Made by a program: the position numbers and the translations under genes | Shown here: piece by piece, positions 48,956 to 60,167 of the stretch | How the letters are laid out: every line of letters starts with the position of its first letter | Numbering within the stretch: the stretch's first letter is position 1 | Notes under the pieces: generated by a model | The model's input: only the letters and a program-made list of their open reading frames with translations | Databases searched by the model: none | Told to the model about the DNA's origin: nothing | Source: an uncultured Acidobacteriota bacterium | GTDB lineage: Bacteria > Acidobacteriota > Thermoanaerobaculia > Gp7-AA8 | DNA length: 64,000 nt | Direction of reading: 5' to 3' | Assembly (NCBI GenBank): GCA_963822445.1 | Contig: CAWGHO010000001.1 | Coordinates: 1,376,001-1,440,000 of the forward strand

Positions 48956-50504
48956 ATGAGCCATCCACGAAGAGGGTTCTTTCGACGATCGCCATCGTCA
49001 TCGCGTCGGTGGCTTTCGGCATCCTCATCAGCGCCGACCTCGGCCTGATGCCGAAATCGAAAGCACAGACGGTCACCAGTCAGCCATCCGGCGCCTCGGT
49101 CCCGTCCGTCACCATCCCGTCATTCGCCGACGTCGCCGCGCGCGTCATGCCCGCGGTCGTCTCGATCCGGTCCACCGAGATCGTGAGCGAGCAACCAGCG
49201 CCGCCGCAAGTTCGGCATCGACCCGTTCGAGTTCTTCTTCCCCGATCCGCAGAATCCGAATCGGCGCCGCAGCCCGCAGGAGCGCGAGAGGAAGAGGAAG
49301 AGCGCCGCCAGGAAAGCGGCGGCTCGGGCTTCATCATCTCGCCCGAGGGACTACATCCTCACGAACAACCACGTCATCGAAGGCGCGACGCAAGGTCGAA
49401 GTCCACTACGGCGCCGACGAGAATGGCAACGGCGGCCGGACCATCGAAGCCAAAGTCGTCGGACGCGATCCTGCCACCGACACGGCCCTCCTGAAGATCG
49501 ACACCGAGCCAGCCGCTCCCCTTCATCCGCCTCGGCGACTCCGACCGCATCCGCAAGGGTGACTGGGCCATCGCCATCGGCCATCCCTTCCAGTTCGAGA
49601 ACACCTCACCGTCGGCGTGATCTCGGCGAAGGGCCGCTCGCTCTGCCTGAGCCGCGAGACGCAGTCCTTCGAGAACTTCATCCAGACCGACGCCGCGATC
49701 AACTTCGGCAACTCCGGCGGCCCGCTGCTCAACATCGCCGGCGAAGTGGTCGGCATCAACACCGCCATCCGCGGCGGCGCGACCGGACTCGGATTCGCGA
49801 CGCCGATCAACACCGCCAAGATCCTTCTGCCTCAGCTCAAGGAAGGCAAAGTCATCCGCGGCTACCTCGGCATGAACATCACCGATGTCAGCCAGGAGAT
49901 CCAGGAAGCGTTCGAGCTGCCCGAGGCCCGCGGCGCTCTGGTGCAGTTCGTCGAGCCGGGCAAGCCTGCCGAGAAGGCCGGCATCAAGCCGGGCGACGTC
50001 ATCATCGAAGTCGACGGCAAGCCCATTCGCAACAACCGCGAGCTGATCGACTACATCTCCTACCAGCCGGTCGGCAGCGACGTTCGCATCACGCTGCTCC
50101 GCGAGGGCAAGCGCCAGACCGTCTCGGCCAAGACCGCGCAGCGGCCGCTGGAGACCGATGACGAAGAGGAAAGCAACAGCGAGACGCCGTCCGAACCGGT
50201 CCGCAACAAGCTCGGCATGTCCGTGCAGAATCTGACGGCCGAACTGCGGCGCACGTACAACATCCCGGCGAGCGTCTCCGGCGTCATCGTCACCGACGTG
50301 AAGAACGTCTCGCCGGCCGGCGAGGCGAACATGAACGAAGGCGACGTGATCAGCGACGTGCAGGGACAGCGCGTGAACAACGTCGAAGAGTTCCGCGCCG
50401 TCACCGATCGCCTGCGAGCGGGCCAGCGCGTGCGCATGTACGTGACCACGCCGACGCGCACCGGCGCTCCGATCTCGACTTATCGAATTCTGCAGGTACC
50501 GTAA
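48956..50504 (+). CDS. degP: HtrA/DegP serine protease with two PDZ domains (multiple frameshifts)
   Basis: GSGFIISP, TNNHVI (shifted frame), IQTDAAINFGNSGGPL, two PDZ domains; AGGAGG RBS. Confidence 0.9.
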
Positions 50505-50543
50505 CTTCAGCCTGAAAACGCGCGCCGACTACAATCGCGCCGC

Positions 50544-51599
50544 ATGAATGAAGAGTTCATGCGGCGCGCTCTGTTTTTCGCGGAGCAGGGCCGTTACTCG
50601 ACCAGCCCCAACCCGATGGTCGGGTGCGTCATCGTTCGCGATGGCGACGTCATCGCCGAGGGCTGGCATCGCGCAGGCCGGCGAGGCGCATGCGGAGATC
50701 GAGGCGTTGCGCGCATGCGATGACGCGCGAGGGGCGACGATGTATGTGACCCTCGAGCCTTGCGCGCATCACGGACGCACGCCGCCGTGCGCCGAGGCCG
50801 TGATCGCGGCGCGGCCCGCCGCGCGTGGTCGTGGCCATGCGCGATCCTCACGACGTCGTGAATGGCCGCGGCATCGAGGCGATTCCGCGCCGCGGGCATC
50901 GAGGTCATCGAAGGCGTCTGCGAAGCCGAGGCGCGGCGGCTCAACGAGAAGTTCCTCTGGTCGGTCACGCACAACCTTCCCTTCGTGCACGCTGAAGGCG
51001 GCGATGACGCTGGACGGAAAGCTGGCCACGGTGGCGCGCGAGTCGCAGTGGATCACCTCCGAAGCCGCGCGCGAGAAGAGCCTGGCGTTGCGCGAAGAGC
51101 ACGACGCGATCGTCGTCGGCAGCGGGACGGTTCGCGCGGACAATCCGCGGCTGACCCGCCGGCTCGGGCTGTCGCAGACGCAATGGACGCGCGTCGTGCT
51201 CGACGGCGACGGCGACGTGCCGCCGCATTCGCAACTGCTGACCGACGGCGGACGAACGATCCTCTTCACCAGCAACCCCGCGCGCTACAGCGGCGCCGGC
51301 CGGAGATCGTGCCCGATCGGAAGGCCGCCCCGACCTCGCGCAGGTCTTCGGCAGAGCTGCACGCGCGCGGCATCCAGTCGCTGATCGTCGAGGGAGGCGC
51401 GATCGTGCATCGGAAGTCATCCGCCGCGGGCCTATGGCAGAAGATGATCCTCTTCGTTGCCCCGATGATCGTCGGCGGCGGCGAAGCCCCGTCGATCTTC
51501 AGCGGCGAAGGCGGTGACGCGGTTGACAGAGGCGTACCGCTTTCGCTTTGATCGGGCGGAGTTCTGGGCGGCGATCTGATGATCACCGCCTACCACTAA
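50544..51599 (+). CDS. ribD: riboflavin biosynthesis deaminase/reductase (multiple frameshifts)
   Basis: SPNPMVGCVIV, HAE, YVTLEPCAHHGRTPPC, KAAMTLDGK, WIT, DNPRLT, VEGG. Confidence 0.92.
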
Positions 51600-51606
51600 G
51601 CAACTA

Positions 51607-52208
51607 ATGTTCACCGGAATCATCCATCCACAGCGGCACCATCGACGCGCTCGAGAAGCGCGCGAACGGCGCGCGGCTGCGCATCCGCACGACCGATGCC
51701 GAAGCCGTTCACGCGCGGCGAGAGTCTGGCGGTGAACGGCGTCTGTCTGACCGTGTTGCCGGAAAGCGACGGCTCGCTGATCGCCGACTCTCCGACGAGA
51801 CGCTGTCGCGCACGACGCTCGGCTCGCTCGGCACGGGCACGCGCGTCAACACCGAGCGCGCGCTGGCCCTCGGCGATCGCATGGGCGGGCACATCGTGCA
51901 GGGCCACGTCGACACGGTGGGCATGTCGATTTCCGTCGCGACGGAGGGCGATTTCGCGGTCTATCGGTGGCGCTTCCCGGCCGAGTTCGCCGACCTGGTG
52001 GTGCAGAAGGGGTCGATCGCCGTCGACGGCGTGTCGCTGACGGTCGTCGAACCCGACGGCGACACTTTCGGCGCGGCGCTGATTCCGGAGACGCTGCTGC
52101 CGAACGAACCTCGGCACGGCGCGGCATCGGCGACGGGCGTGAACCTGAGTTCGACATGATCGCGAAGTACGTCGCGGGCCTGGTCACGCCTTACCTTCCG
52201 CGAAGTGA
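51607..52208 (+). CDS. ribE: riboflavin synthase (multiple frameshifts)
   Basis: MFTGII start; SLAVNGVCLTV; MGGHIVQGHVD; KGSIAVDGVSLTV; LIPET. Confidence 0.92.
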
Positions 52209-53240
52209 TCCTCTACAAGAAACAGGCGTCGCTCCGCGTGAAGCGCGCGCCGGCGCCCGCAGCCGCCGTACTGGTGCGCGACGACGATCGCTCCCTAGGC
52301 CCCCGCCGCGCCGAGCCGATGGCCATCGACTACCTCGGCCTGCGCGCAAGCGCCAAGGACAAGCTGGAAGTCAGCGTTTGCGATAACGCGCGCGATGAGC
52401 TGGAGCGCATGCGCCTCGTCGACGAGCCGGTGCTGATCGACGCCGCGGAGCAGACCGAAGTGGTGTTCCGGCGGGGTGAGGAAGTGCTGGCGTTCTGCGA
52501 GGAGCAGCGGCTGTCGAGATCGCTGGTCCTCACCTCGGCGCGCGGGCGTGCTGCCGCGGCGTACCGGCCGTGTGGTCATTGCCGCGTGGCCGCTGGAGCT
52601 GCGAACGCCTCGAAGAGATGTTCGCGCAGGCCGCGGAGCTGCGGTGGGGCGTCGCGGTGCCGCTCATGTTTCCGGTGACGACTGAGCTCCCGCTCTCGAA
52701 GATCTTGCCGATCGCGCGAAAAAGTACGGCGCGGCGTTCTTCGCCGGGCTGATGCTGCAGGTTGACCGACCGCGAAGCAGAGCGTCGCGCAGGCGATGAA
52801 TCTCGAGTCGGAGGACGACCGGTACGCGATGCTCTTTCACGCCGACGTCGAGCCGATACACCTCGACGGAGCGCCACATCGCTGCACTCGCGGCGGAGCG
52901 CGGCATGGCGGACTTCATCCTTCCGCCGAAGTGGCAGGAGCGCTCGAACTGGAACGCTGCGGTGCTGCTGACCCTGACCGCCTCGCGCATGTTCGCGATG
53001 GAGCTCGACCTCGATCTGGCCGGAGCGATCGCCCGCTCGGCACGAGTGATCGCGGAGCTGGACAAGCCGATTGCCGCGGGTCGGCCGCCCCCAGGCGGCC
53101 GAGCGTGGCGATCGTGCGTGGAGTGGACGGACCTGCGCGGAGATGCTGACCGAGAGTGGCTGGGCGGGGAGGTCGCGAGTCCAGAGTGTCGGGGAGTACG
53201 TAGAGAGCGCGCGGGCCAGTCTCGGAGATCTGCGCCGCGG
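52205..53240 (+). CDS. hypothetical protein (frameshifted; SPL-type radical-SAM-like and HhH-like segments)
   Basis: Fragments 52205-52678, 52570-52752, 52796-53149 and 52905-53261 can be joined; end approximate. Confidence 0.45.
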
Positions 53241-53244
53241 CTGA

Positions 53245-53597
53245 CTACTTCCGATGCGTGACTTCACCTTCGTCGAGATCCCGCCGCGCACGTAAAAATC
53301 GCCTTCCACTTCGAGAAACCGCGGATCGATGGCCTCGATGACGTCGTTGGCGATGCGGTTCGTCACCGCCTCGTGAAACGCGCCTTCATCCCGATACGAC
53401 CAGAGATAGAGCTTGAGCGACTTCAGCTCCACGCATTTTTGATCGGGCGTGTAGCGGATGCGGATGGTGGCGAAGTCGGGCTGCCCGGTCATCGGGCAGA
53501 GACAGGTGAACTCCGGCGCCTCGAACGCGATCTCGTAATCGCGCTCGGGGTTGGGGTTGGGGAAGGTGTCGAGGGAGCGGGAGGGCTTGGTCGTCAT
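53245..53597 (-). CDS. queF: preQ1 synthase (NADPH-dependent 7-cyano-7-deazaguanine reductase)
   Basis: [32 protein letters not shown]; a probable 1-nt error near the 3' end hides TAG at 53245. Confidence 0.93.
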
Positions 53598-53602
53598 TTG
53601 TC

Positions 53603-55075
53603 TCACCGCTTACGCCGGCGTTCAGCGCCGCCATCAGCTTCTGGTTCAGCTCCTTGATCCGCTCCTGGAGCTGGGCGATCTTGGCCTGGGCGTCGGCGCG
53701 GAGGCGTTCGGTCTCGCCGCGCAGGCGGGCGATCTCTTCATCCTTCTGGTTCGTGCCGCCGCTGTGCTGGGCCATCTGCGAGCGGAGGTAGTCGACGTCG
53801 TGGCGGAGGTTCTCGATCTCTTCGTCCTTGTCGGCGAGGCGCTGCCGCCACTGCACTTCCTGCTCCTCGTAGAGCCGCTTGATGTCCATCAGCTCGGTGA
53901 TCTGCGAGAAATCGGAATAGCTCGGGGCCATGTCTCCTCCCTGGCGTACTCGCTCTTCGATCTGCGGGAAGAGCTTGCGCAGCTTCAGCGAGAGATCGTC
54001 GGGATCGCTCGCCAGCTCCATCGCGTCCTGGTACGTGATCTTCTGATGCACGAGCAGCGCGATCAGCGACTGATTCATCGACTGCATGCGGTAGAGGCCG
54101 ACCGAGTTCTCGATCTCCTCGAGGATGTCCTTGGTGGTGCCGTCCTCGATCAGCTTGGCGATGCGCGGCGAGTTCTTGAGGATCTCCACCACCGCCGTCA
54201 TCCGGTCCTCTTTCGTCTTGACCAGCTTGAGCGAAATGATTCCGCGCAGAACCAGCGAGAGCTGCGAGCGGATCTGCTTGTGCTGCTCCGGCGGGAAGGC
54301 GTCGATGATGCGGTCGAGGGTCTGCGCGGCGTTGTTCGTGTGCAGCGTCGAGAACACGAGGTGGCCGGTCTCGGCGGCGGTGAGCACCGTGGTGATGGTC
54401 TCCACGTCGCGCATCTCGCCGACCATGATCACGTCCGGGTCCTGGCGCATGGCGTTGCGCAGCGCCTCTTTGAACGACGGCGTGTCCGTCCCTACCTCGC
54501 GCTGGGAGATCGCCGCGATCTTGTCCTGAAACAGGAACTCGATCGGGTCTTCGATGGTGACGATGTGCAGCGGCTCGTGCTCGGCGATCTCGCAGGATCA
54601 TGGCCGCCAGCGTGGTCGACTTGCCCGAGCCGGTCGGGCCGGTGACGAGCACCAGGCCGTCGGGGATCTGCGTCAGCTCGCGCGACGGCCGCGCGGCAGC
54701 TCCAGCGCGTCGATGTTCGAGACCTGAATGGGAATGCGGCGGAAGACCGCGCCGACCGTGCCGCGCTGCATGTACATGTTCGCGCGGAAGCGGGCCACGC
54801 CGGGAACGCCGTATCCGAAGTCGACGGACTGGTGCGCATCGAACCGCTCTCTTCTGCGCGCGATTGAGCAGCGGCAGCAGCATCTTCTCGAGGTCCGGCG
54901 GCTTGAGCGCGTCGGTCTTGATCGGGATGAGCTTGCCCTGCACGCGCACCAGCGGCGGCCGCATCGGCTTCAGATGAAGATCCGAGGCCTGCTGCTTGGC
55001 CATGTAGATCAGCAGGTCGTTCAGCGAGAACGGAGCGTGCGCCGTGCTGTTGTTGTTCAGCGGCACAACGGACAC
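53603..55075 (-). CDS. PilT/PilU family type IV pilus ATPase with coiled-coil C-terminal extension (frameshifts)
   Basis: [51 protein letters not shown]; 3' end uncertain. Confidence 0.9.
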
Positions 55076-55110
55076 GGCGTTGATTGACTACGTCCCTCCG
55101 CGTCCAAGCG

Positions 55111-55502
55111 CTAGCGCCTCATCACCGAATCCAGAATCATCAGAAAGGCTTCCTGCTGCTTGGCTTCGGTCTTGTTGATGACGGCGATGGTCTCGCCGAT
55201 GCGGAAGCGCTGGTGCAGTTCGTCGGCGGAGTGGGAGGAGGTCACGACGATCCGGCGCGGAGGAGAGGCCCTTGGCCCGGGCGTAATCGACGAACTTCTT
55301 TCCGTCCATGCCCGGCATTTCCAGGTCGACGATGAGCAGGTCGATCGTGTCGTCGATCTTGGGCAGGGCGTCGTAGGGATGGGTGTAGGTCTCGACGCTG
55401 GGCGTCTCGGCGTAGCGCTCGAGCATGAAGTTCGACCAGAGATCGCAGTACGACGGGCGAGTCGTCGACGATCACGATCCGCTTCGGTTTCTGTTCGGTC
55501 AT
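55111..55502 (-). CDS. single-domain response regulator (frameshifts)
   Basis: RIVIVDDS...DLLIVDLEMPGMDG; reconstructed end DSVMRR*. Confidence 0.75.
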
Positions 55503-56805
55503 TTGCGCTTCCGTTGCGGCTGCGGTTTCTCGCGGATGTCGTGCTTCACCACGCCGCCGACGATCGTCGTCACGATGCTCCCCTGCAGCGTCACTCCCAG
55601 AAACGGCGTGTTCGCGGCCTTGGAGTGGAAGGGCCGGTCGACGTGATGCTCGGCCTCGAGATCGATCAGGGTCACGTCCCCGAGACTGCCCGGCCGCAAC
55701 GTGCCCGCCGGGAAGATTGAAGACGCCGGCCGGACCCGACGTGAGCATCTCGATGAGGCGCGAGAGGCTGATGACCTTCGAGCGCACGAGCTGTTGATAG
55801 CAGACCGCGAACGCGGTCTCCAGGCCGGTGATGCCCATCGGGGCGAGATCGAACTCCACGTTCTTCTCGTCGAAATGATGTGGAGCGTGATCGGTGGCGA
55901 TGGCGTCGACAGTGCCGTCGGCGATGCCGTCGAGCAGCGCGAGGCGATGATCCTCGCTCCGCAGCGGCGGATTCATCTTCAGATTGGTGGAGAAGGACTG
56001 CACGGCCTCGTCGGTGAGGGCGATGTGATGCGGTGTCACCTCGCAGGTCACGCGCACGCCTTCCGCCTTGGCCCGGCGAACCGCTTCGACCGCGCCGGCC
56101 GTCGAGAGATGGGCGATGTGCACGTGCGCGCCGGTGAGCCGCGCCAGGATCACATCGCGCGCAACCATCGTCTCCTCGGAGGCCGCGGGGATGCCGCGCA
56201 TGCCCAGGAGAGTGGAGTAATAGCCCTCGTGCATGACGCCGCCTTCGTTGAGGTTCGCGTCTTCCTCGTGCGCGACGACCGGGATGCCCAACATCGAGCA
56301 GTACTCGAGCGCGCGGCGCATGAGCTGCGCGTTCTAGACCGGCTTGCCGTCATCGCTAGCGGCCACACATCCCGCGGCGCGAAGATCGGCCAGCTCGGCC
56401 ATCTCCTCGCCCTTGAGGCCCTTGCTCACCGCGCCGATCGGATAGACGCGGCACCACCCGTTCCGCGCCGCCTCGGCCAGCACCATCTCCGTGACCGCAC
56501 GCTCGTCGTTCGGCGGAACGGTGTTCGCCATCGCGCAGACCGCGGTGAAGCCGCCGGCGACCGCGGCGCGTGTCCCGCTGGCGATCGTCTCCTTGTGCTC
56601 CTGCCCCGGCTCGCGCAGATGGGTGTGCAGGTCGATGAAGCCCGGGAGTAGCGATGAGGCCGCGCCGCGTCGATGGTCTCGACGTCACCGGTTTTGATCT
56701 TTTTGTCGACGCGAGCGATGTGCCGTCCTCGATGAGGATGTCCATCGTCGCGTCGAGCGATTGCGAGGGATCGATGACGCGCGCGCCGGTAATGAGCAGG
56801 TTCAC
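55499..56805 (-). CDS. pyrC: dihydroorotase (frameshifts and an in-frame TAG at 56334, probably errors)
   Basis: [39 protein letters not shown]. Confidence 0.92.
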
Positions 56806-57755
56806 TCGGCACCTCCATGCGCGCCGCCCAGGAGATACAGCACGGCCATGCGTACGGCCACGCCGTTCGTGACCTGATCGAGGATCACCGAGAAATTCGG
56901 ATCGTCGGCGACGTCGGAGGCGATCTCGACGCCGCGGTTCATCGGGCCGGGATGCATGACCAGCACGTTCTTCTTCGCGCGCGCCAGCCGCTCGCGGGTG
57001 AGGCCGAAGGTGTTGTAGTACTCGCGGATCGACGGGAAGCTGAGCTTCCCCTGCCGCTCGAGCTGCACGCGCAGCATCATCACCACGTCCGCGCCTTCCG
57101 TCGCTTCGTCGAGCGAGTGCACGACCCGCACGCCCATCCGCTCGATCTCCGCCGGCATCAGCGACGGTGGTCCGGCGAGGGTTACGTTCGCCTTCATCTT
57201 CGTGAGCAGGTGAATGTTCGAGCGCACCACGCGCGAATACTTGATGTCGCCGACGACAGAGACGTTCACGCCCTGCAGGCGGCCGAGGCGCTCGCGGATG
57301 GTGAAGGCGTCGAGGAGGGCCTGGGTCGGGTGCTCGTGCGCGCCGTCGCCGGCGTTGATGATGGAGATGTTGGGGAAGCGCTCGGCGAGCATCTTCGGCG
57401 AGCCCGGATGCTTGTGGCGCATCACGATCATGTTCGGATGCATGGCCACTAGATTCTCGGCCGTGTCGATCAGGGTCTCCCCTTTTTCGACTGCCGATCC
57501 GGACGCGGAGAAGTTGAGCGTGTCGGCGGAGAGGCGTTTTTCAGCGATCTCGAACGACACGCGCGTGCGCGTCGACGCTTCCATGAAGAGATTGATGACC
57601 AGTTGCCCGCGCAGCGCGGGCACTTTCTTCACCGGCCGCTCGCTGACTTCCTTGAAGCCCTCGGCCGTATCGAGGATGAGCTCGATCTCTTCGGGAGTGA
57701 GAGGTTCGATGCCTAGGAGGTCTTTGGATTTGAGTGCGGAGGAGGCGGTGCGCAC
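56802..57755 (-). CDS. pyrB: aspartate carbamoyltransferase catalytic subunit
   Basis: [39 protein letters not shown]. Confidence 0.97.
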   Translation of the reverse strand: MRTASSALKSKDLLGIEPLTPEEIELILDTAEGFKEVSERPVKKVPALRGQLVINLFMEASTRTRVSFEIAEKRLSADTLNFSASGSAVEKGETLIDTAENLVAMHPNMIVMRHKHPGSPKMLAERFPNISIINAGDGAHEHPTQALLDAFTIRERLGRLQGVNVSVVGDIKYSRVVRSNIHLLTKMKANVTLAGPPSLMPAEIERMGVRVVHSLDEATEGADVVMMLRVQLERQGKLSFPSIREYYNTFGLTRERLARAKKNVLVMHPGPMNRGVEIASDVADDPNFSVILDQVTNGVAVRMAVLYLLGGAHGGAE

Positions 57756-57761
57756 CCTGCG

Positions 57762-58298
57762 TCAGCGCTCCATGATCAGGACTTCGTCGTCCCCGTCCGT
57801 CTCCATGAGCTTCACTTTGATGACTTCGTGAGCGTCGGTGGGAACGGTCTTGCCGATGATGTCGGCATGGATGGGGAGCTCGCGATGTCCGCGGTCGATC
57901 AGCACCGCCAGCATGACCTGCTTCGGCCTGCCGTAATCGATGATTGCGTCGAGCGCGGCGCGCACCGTGCGGCCGGTGTAGAGCACGTCGTCGACGAGAA
58001 CGATGTTCTTGTTGTCGATCGGCTCCGGGAGCTTGGTCGGCTTGACCACCGGCTGCGGCGCGATGGTGGTGAGGTCATCGCGATAGAGCGTGATGTCGAG
58101 GATGCCGAACGCAACCGGCTGCCCTTCCATCTGTTCGATCTCTCTGGCCATCCGCTCACCGATGGGCACGCCGCGGCTGCGGATCCCGACGATCATGAGG
58201 TTCTCGAGCCCGCGATTCTTCTCGACCGTTTCGATGGCCATGCGGCGGATGGCGCGGTTCATCCGAGCGCCGTCCAACAAGCGTTTTTTTACATTCAT
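57762..58298 (-). CDS. pyrR: pyr operon regulator/uracil phosphoribosyltransferase
   Basis: LDITLYRDD, LVDDVLYTGRT, DRGHRELPI. Confidence 0.97.
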   Translation of the reverse strand: MNVKKRLLDGARMNRAIRRMAIETVEKNRGLENLMIVGIRSRGVPIGERMAREIEQMEGQPVAFGILDITLYRDDLTTIAPQPVVKPTKLPEPIDNKNIVLVDDVLYTGRTVRAALDAIIDYGRPKQVMLAVLIDRGHRELPIHADIIGKTVPTDAHEVIKVKLMETDGDDEVLIMER

Positions 58299-58337
58299 AG
58301 AGGTGTTTCCGAGCGGGGCGGGAGGATACCACGGCGC

Positions 58338-58432
58338 AGTCGTTAGTGATTAGTCGTTAGTCGTTAGTAGAACCGGACGTTCTTGACCGGTTCTACTCAT
58401 CACTAACGACTAACGACTAACGACGAATCACT
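58338..58432. repeat. palindromic heptamer-repeat element C1 (AGTCGTT)
   Basis: AGTCGTT AGTGATT AGTCGTT AGTCGTT AGTAGAACCGG-10-CCGGTTCTACT CATCACT AACGACT AACGACT AACGACG AATCACT. Confidence 0.93.
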
Positions 58433-58436
58433 GAAC

Positions 58437-58820
58437 ATGGCCTACTCCCTGCACCTTGAGCCGGCCGTGGGTAGCAAGCAGAAAGTGTTACTGGTCGAGG
58501 ACAACGCCGATGTCCGGCGCCTGTACGCGATCGGGCTCAACCAGCGCGGGTTCGAGGTCAAGCTCGCCGCGAATGGTGCCGAGGCCGTGGACCGCGTGGC
58601 CAGCGAGCGCCCGGACTACATCCTCCTCGACTGGATGATGCCCCTCATGGACGGAAGCGAGGTCGTCCAGCGCCTCGACGGCCAGGACGGCACCTCCGAG
58701 ATCGCCATCATCGTCATCAGCGGGCAGCCCGCCCCGGCCGCCCTCCCCCGCCGCATCCGCTCGTGGCTCACCAAGCCGCTCACGGTCGATGAGCTGGTCT
58801 CGGAGATCACGCGGGCGTGA
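58437..58820 (+). CDS. single-domain response regulator (REC)
   Basis: VLLVEDN, ILLDWMMPLMDG, ISG, TKPL. Confidence 0.9.
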   Translation: MAYSLHLEPAVGSKQKVLLVEDNADVRRLYAIGLNQRGFEVKLAANGAEAVDRVASERPDYILLDWMMPLMDGSEVVQRLDGQDGTSEIAIIVISGQPAPAALPRRIRSWLTKPLTVDELVSEITRA

Positions 58821-58867
58821 CGCCTTCCGCACGCGCCCGCCACGACTAGGCTAGAATCCGGTCACGA

Positions 58868-60167
58868 ATGGCCAAAATCTTCTTCGTCGGCCTCGACGGC
58901 ACGGAGAAAAGCTACAGGCTGCAGACGCATCGCCCGTTCACCCTCGGTCGCGACCCCGGCAACGACATCATCCTCCGCGACCCGAAGGTTTCCCGGCACC
59001 ACGCCGAGATCGTTTTCGAGCGTGGCTTTTTCGTCCTGCATGACCTGGCGAGCGCGAACGGGACGTATGTCAACGGGAAACGCATCCGCGTTGCTCCGCT
59101 GACCCACGGCGCCCGCCTGCGCATGGGCAATACCTACGGCCGGTTCTCCGAGGAGCTGCCGACGGAAAACGAGGCCGCGCCGATTGCCGCGGTGGAACCG
59201 TTCGATCAGCCGCAGCCGCAGACCGAGGACCTGGGCAATCTGGAGATGCTGCCGACGGCGACCATCGAGCGCGTCAACCCGGCCGTCTCCACGCTCCCCC
59301 ACGAAAAGCTCTCCGCCAGCGATCTAAAAAAAAAGCGGAGTAGTCCCTGAAGCCGAGGGGCCTACGGAACCGCTTCCGCCTCGTGAGGAGGCGAATACCA
59401 ATCCCGCGTTTGTCCCTCCGCCGCCTCCGGTAGCACCGCCGAAACTTGCCGTGTCTCCGGCCGGCGCGTTTTCCGGCACCACCTATCAGTTCACGGCCGG
59501 CTTGCCCGCCGGTGAGACCGCAACAGTTCGCGATGGAGACGGCAAGGTCCTGCTGACCTACCGCAGCTTCGCCAGCGTCGTCGGGATCGTGGCCTCGCTC
59601 GTGTGCGGACTCGTGCTCCTCGCCGGTGTCGCGGCAGTGCTGTTTCTCATCGAAAAGGATTCGTTCGTGCTTGCCGCGATCGCGTCGGTGCTCACCATCG
59701 CCTTCGCGTCGTTCATCGGCCTGCTGGTGCCACGAACGCACGTGACGCTCTACGACGACGGCACGCCCGCGTTGTCGATCTCACAGCGATCCACGTTTCC
59801 AGCCGCGATCTACACCGTCGCCACGCCGAACGGCGCGACCCTGGCCACGCTGCGGAAGTCGGTTTTCGCGCGACTAGGCCGCAACCGCTGGGCGATCACC
59901 CAGGAAGACCGTTTCCTCGGCGACGCGATGGAGGAATCCTTCGCCGGAGCAATCATTCGCAAGATCTTCGGCAAGTTCAGCCGCCGCTTCGAGACGAACG
60001 TGCAGATCCAGCACGGCGGCATCGATGCAGGCCGGATCATTCGCCGCCCCGTTCGCGATTCGGAAGGCGGCGAACGACCGGTCGACCTGCTCGAGCTCAC
60101 CGGTGAAGGCTTGGACCGCCGCGTGGCTGTCGCGCTGGCGACGTTGATTCTCGGCAGCGAGCCCTAG
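58868..60167 (+). CDS. FHA domain, Pro-rich linker, 2 TM segments and scramblase/LURP-like domain, split at an A9 run
   Basis: FHA motifs LGRDP, VSRHHA, SANGTYVNG; deleting one A at 59326-59334 joins ORFs 58868-59350 and 59451-60167. Confidence 0.75.

Noticed and set aside
50505-50543. FMN riboswitch before ribD (also preQ1 before queF, purine before guaB)
   Set aside because: The gaps are too short or lack the conserved aptamer motifs.
52530-53606. 358-aa QueF with a long C-terminal extension
   Set aside because: One missing base near the 3' end explains it; restoring it gives KVKVTHRK* at 53245.
56334-56336. In-frame TAG in pyrC as pyrrolysine or stop-codon recoding
   Set aside because: TAG terminates many genes in this window, and this site is in the error-rich zone (probably CAG miscalled).
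58299-58340. PyrR attenuator upstream of pyrR
   Set aside because: I found no PyrR-binding loop consensus or terminator; a TGGTATCCT -10-like box leaves only a short leader.
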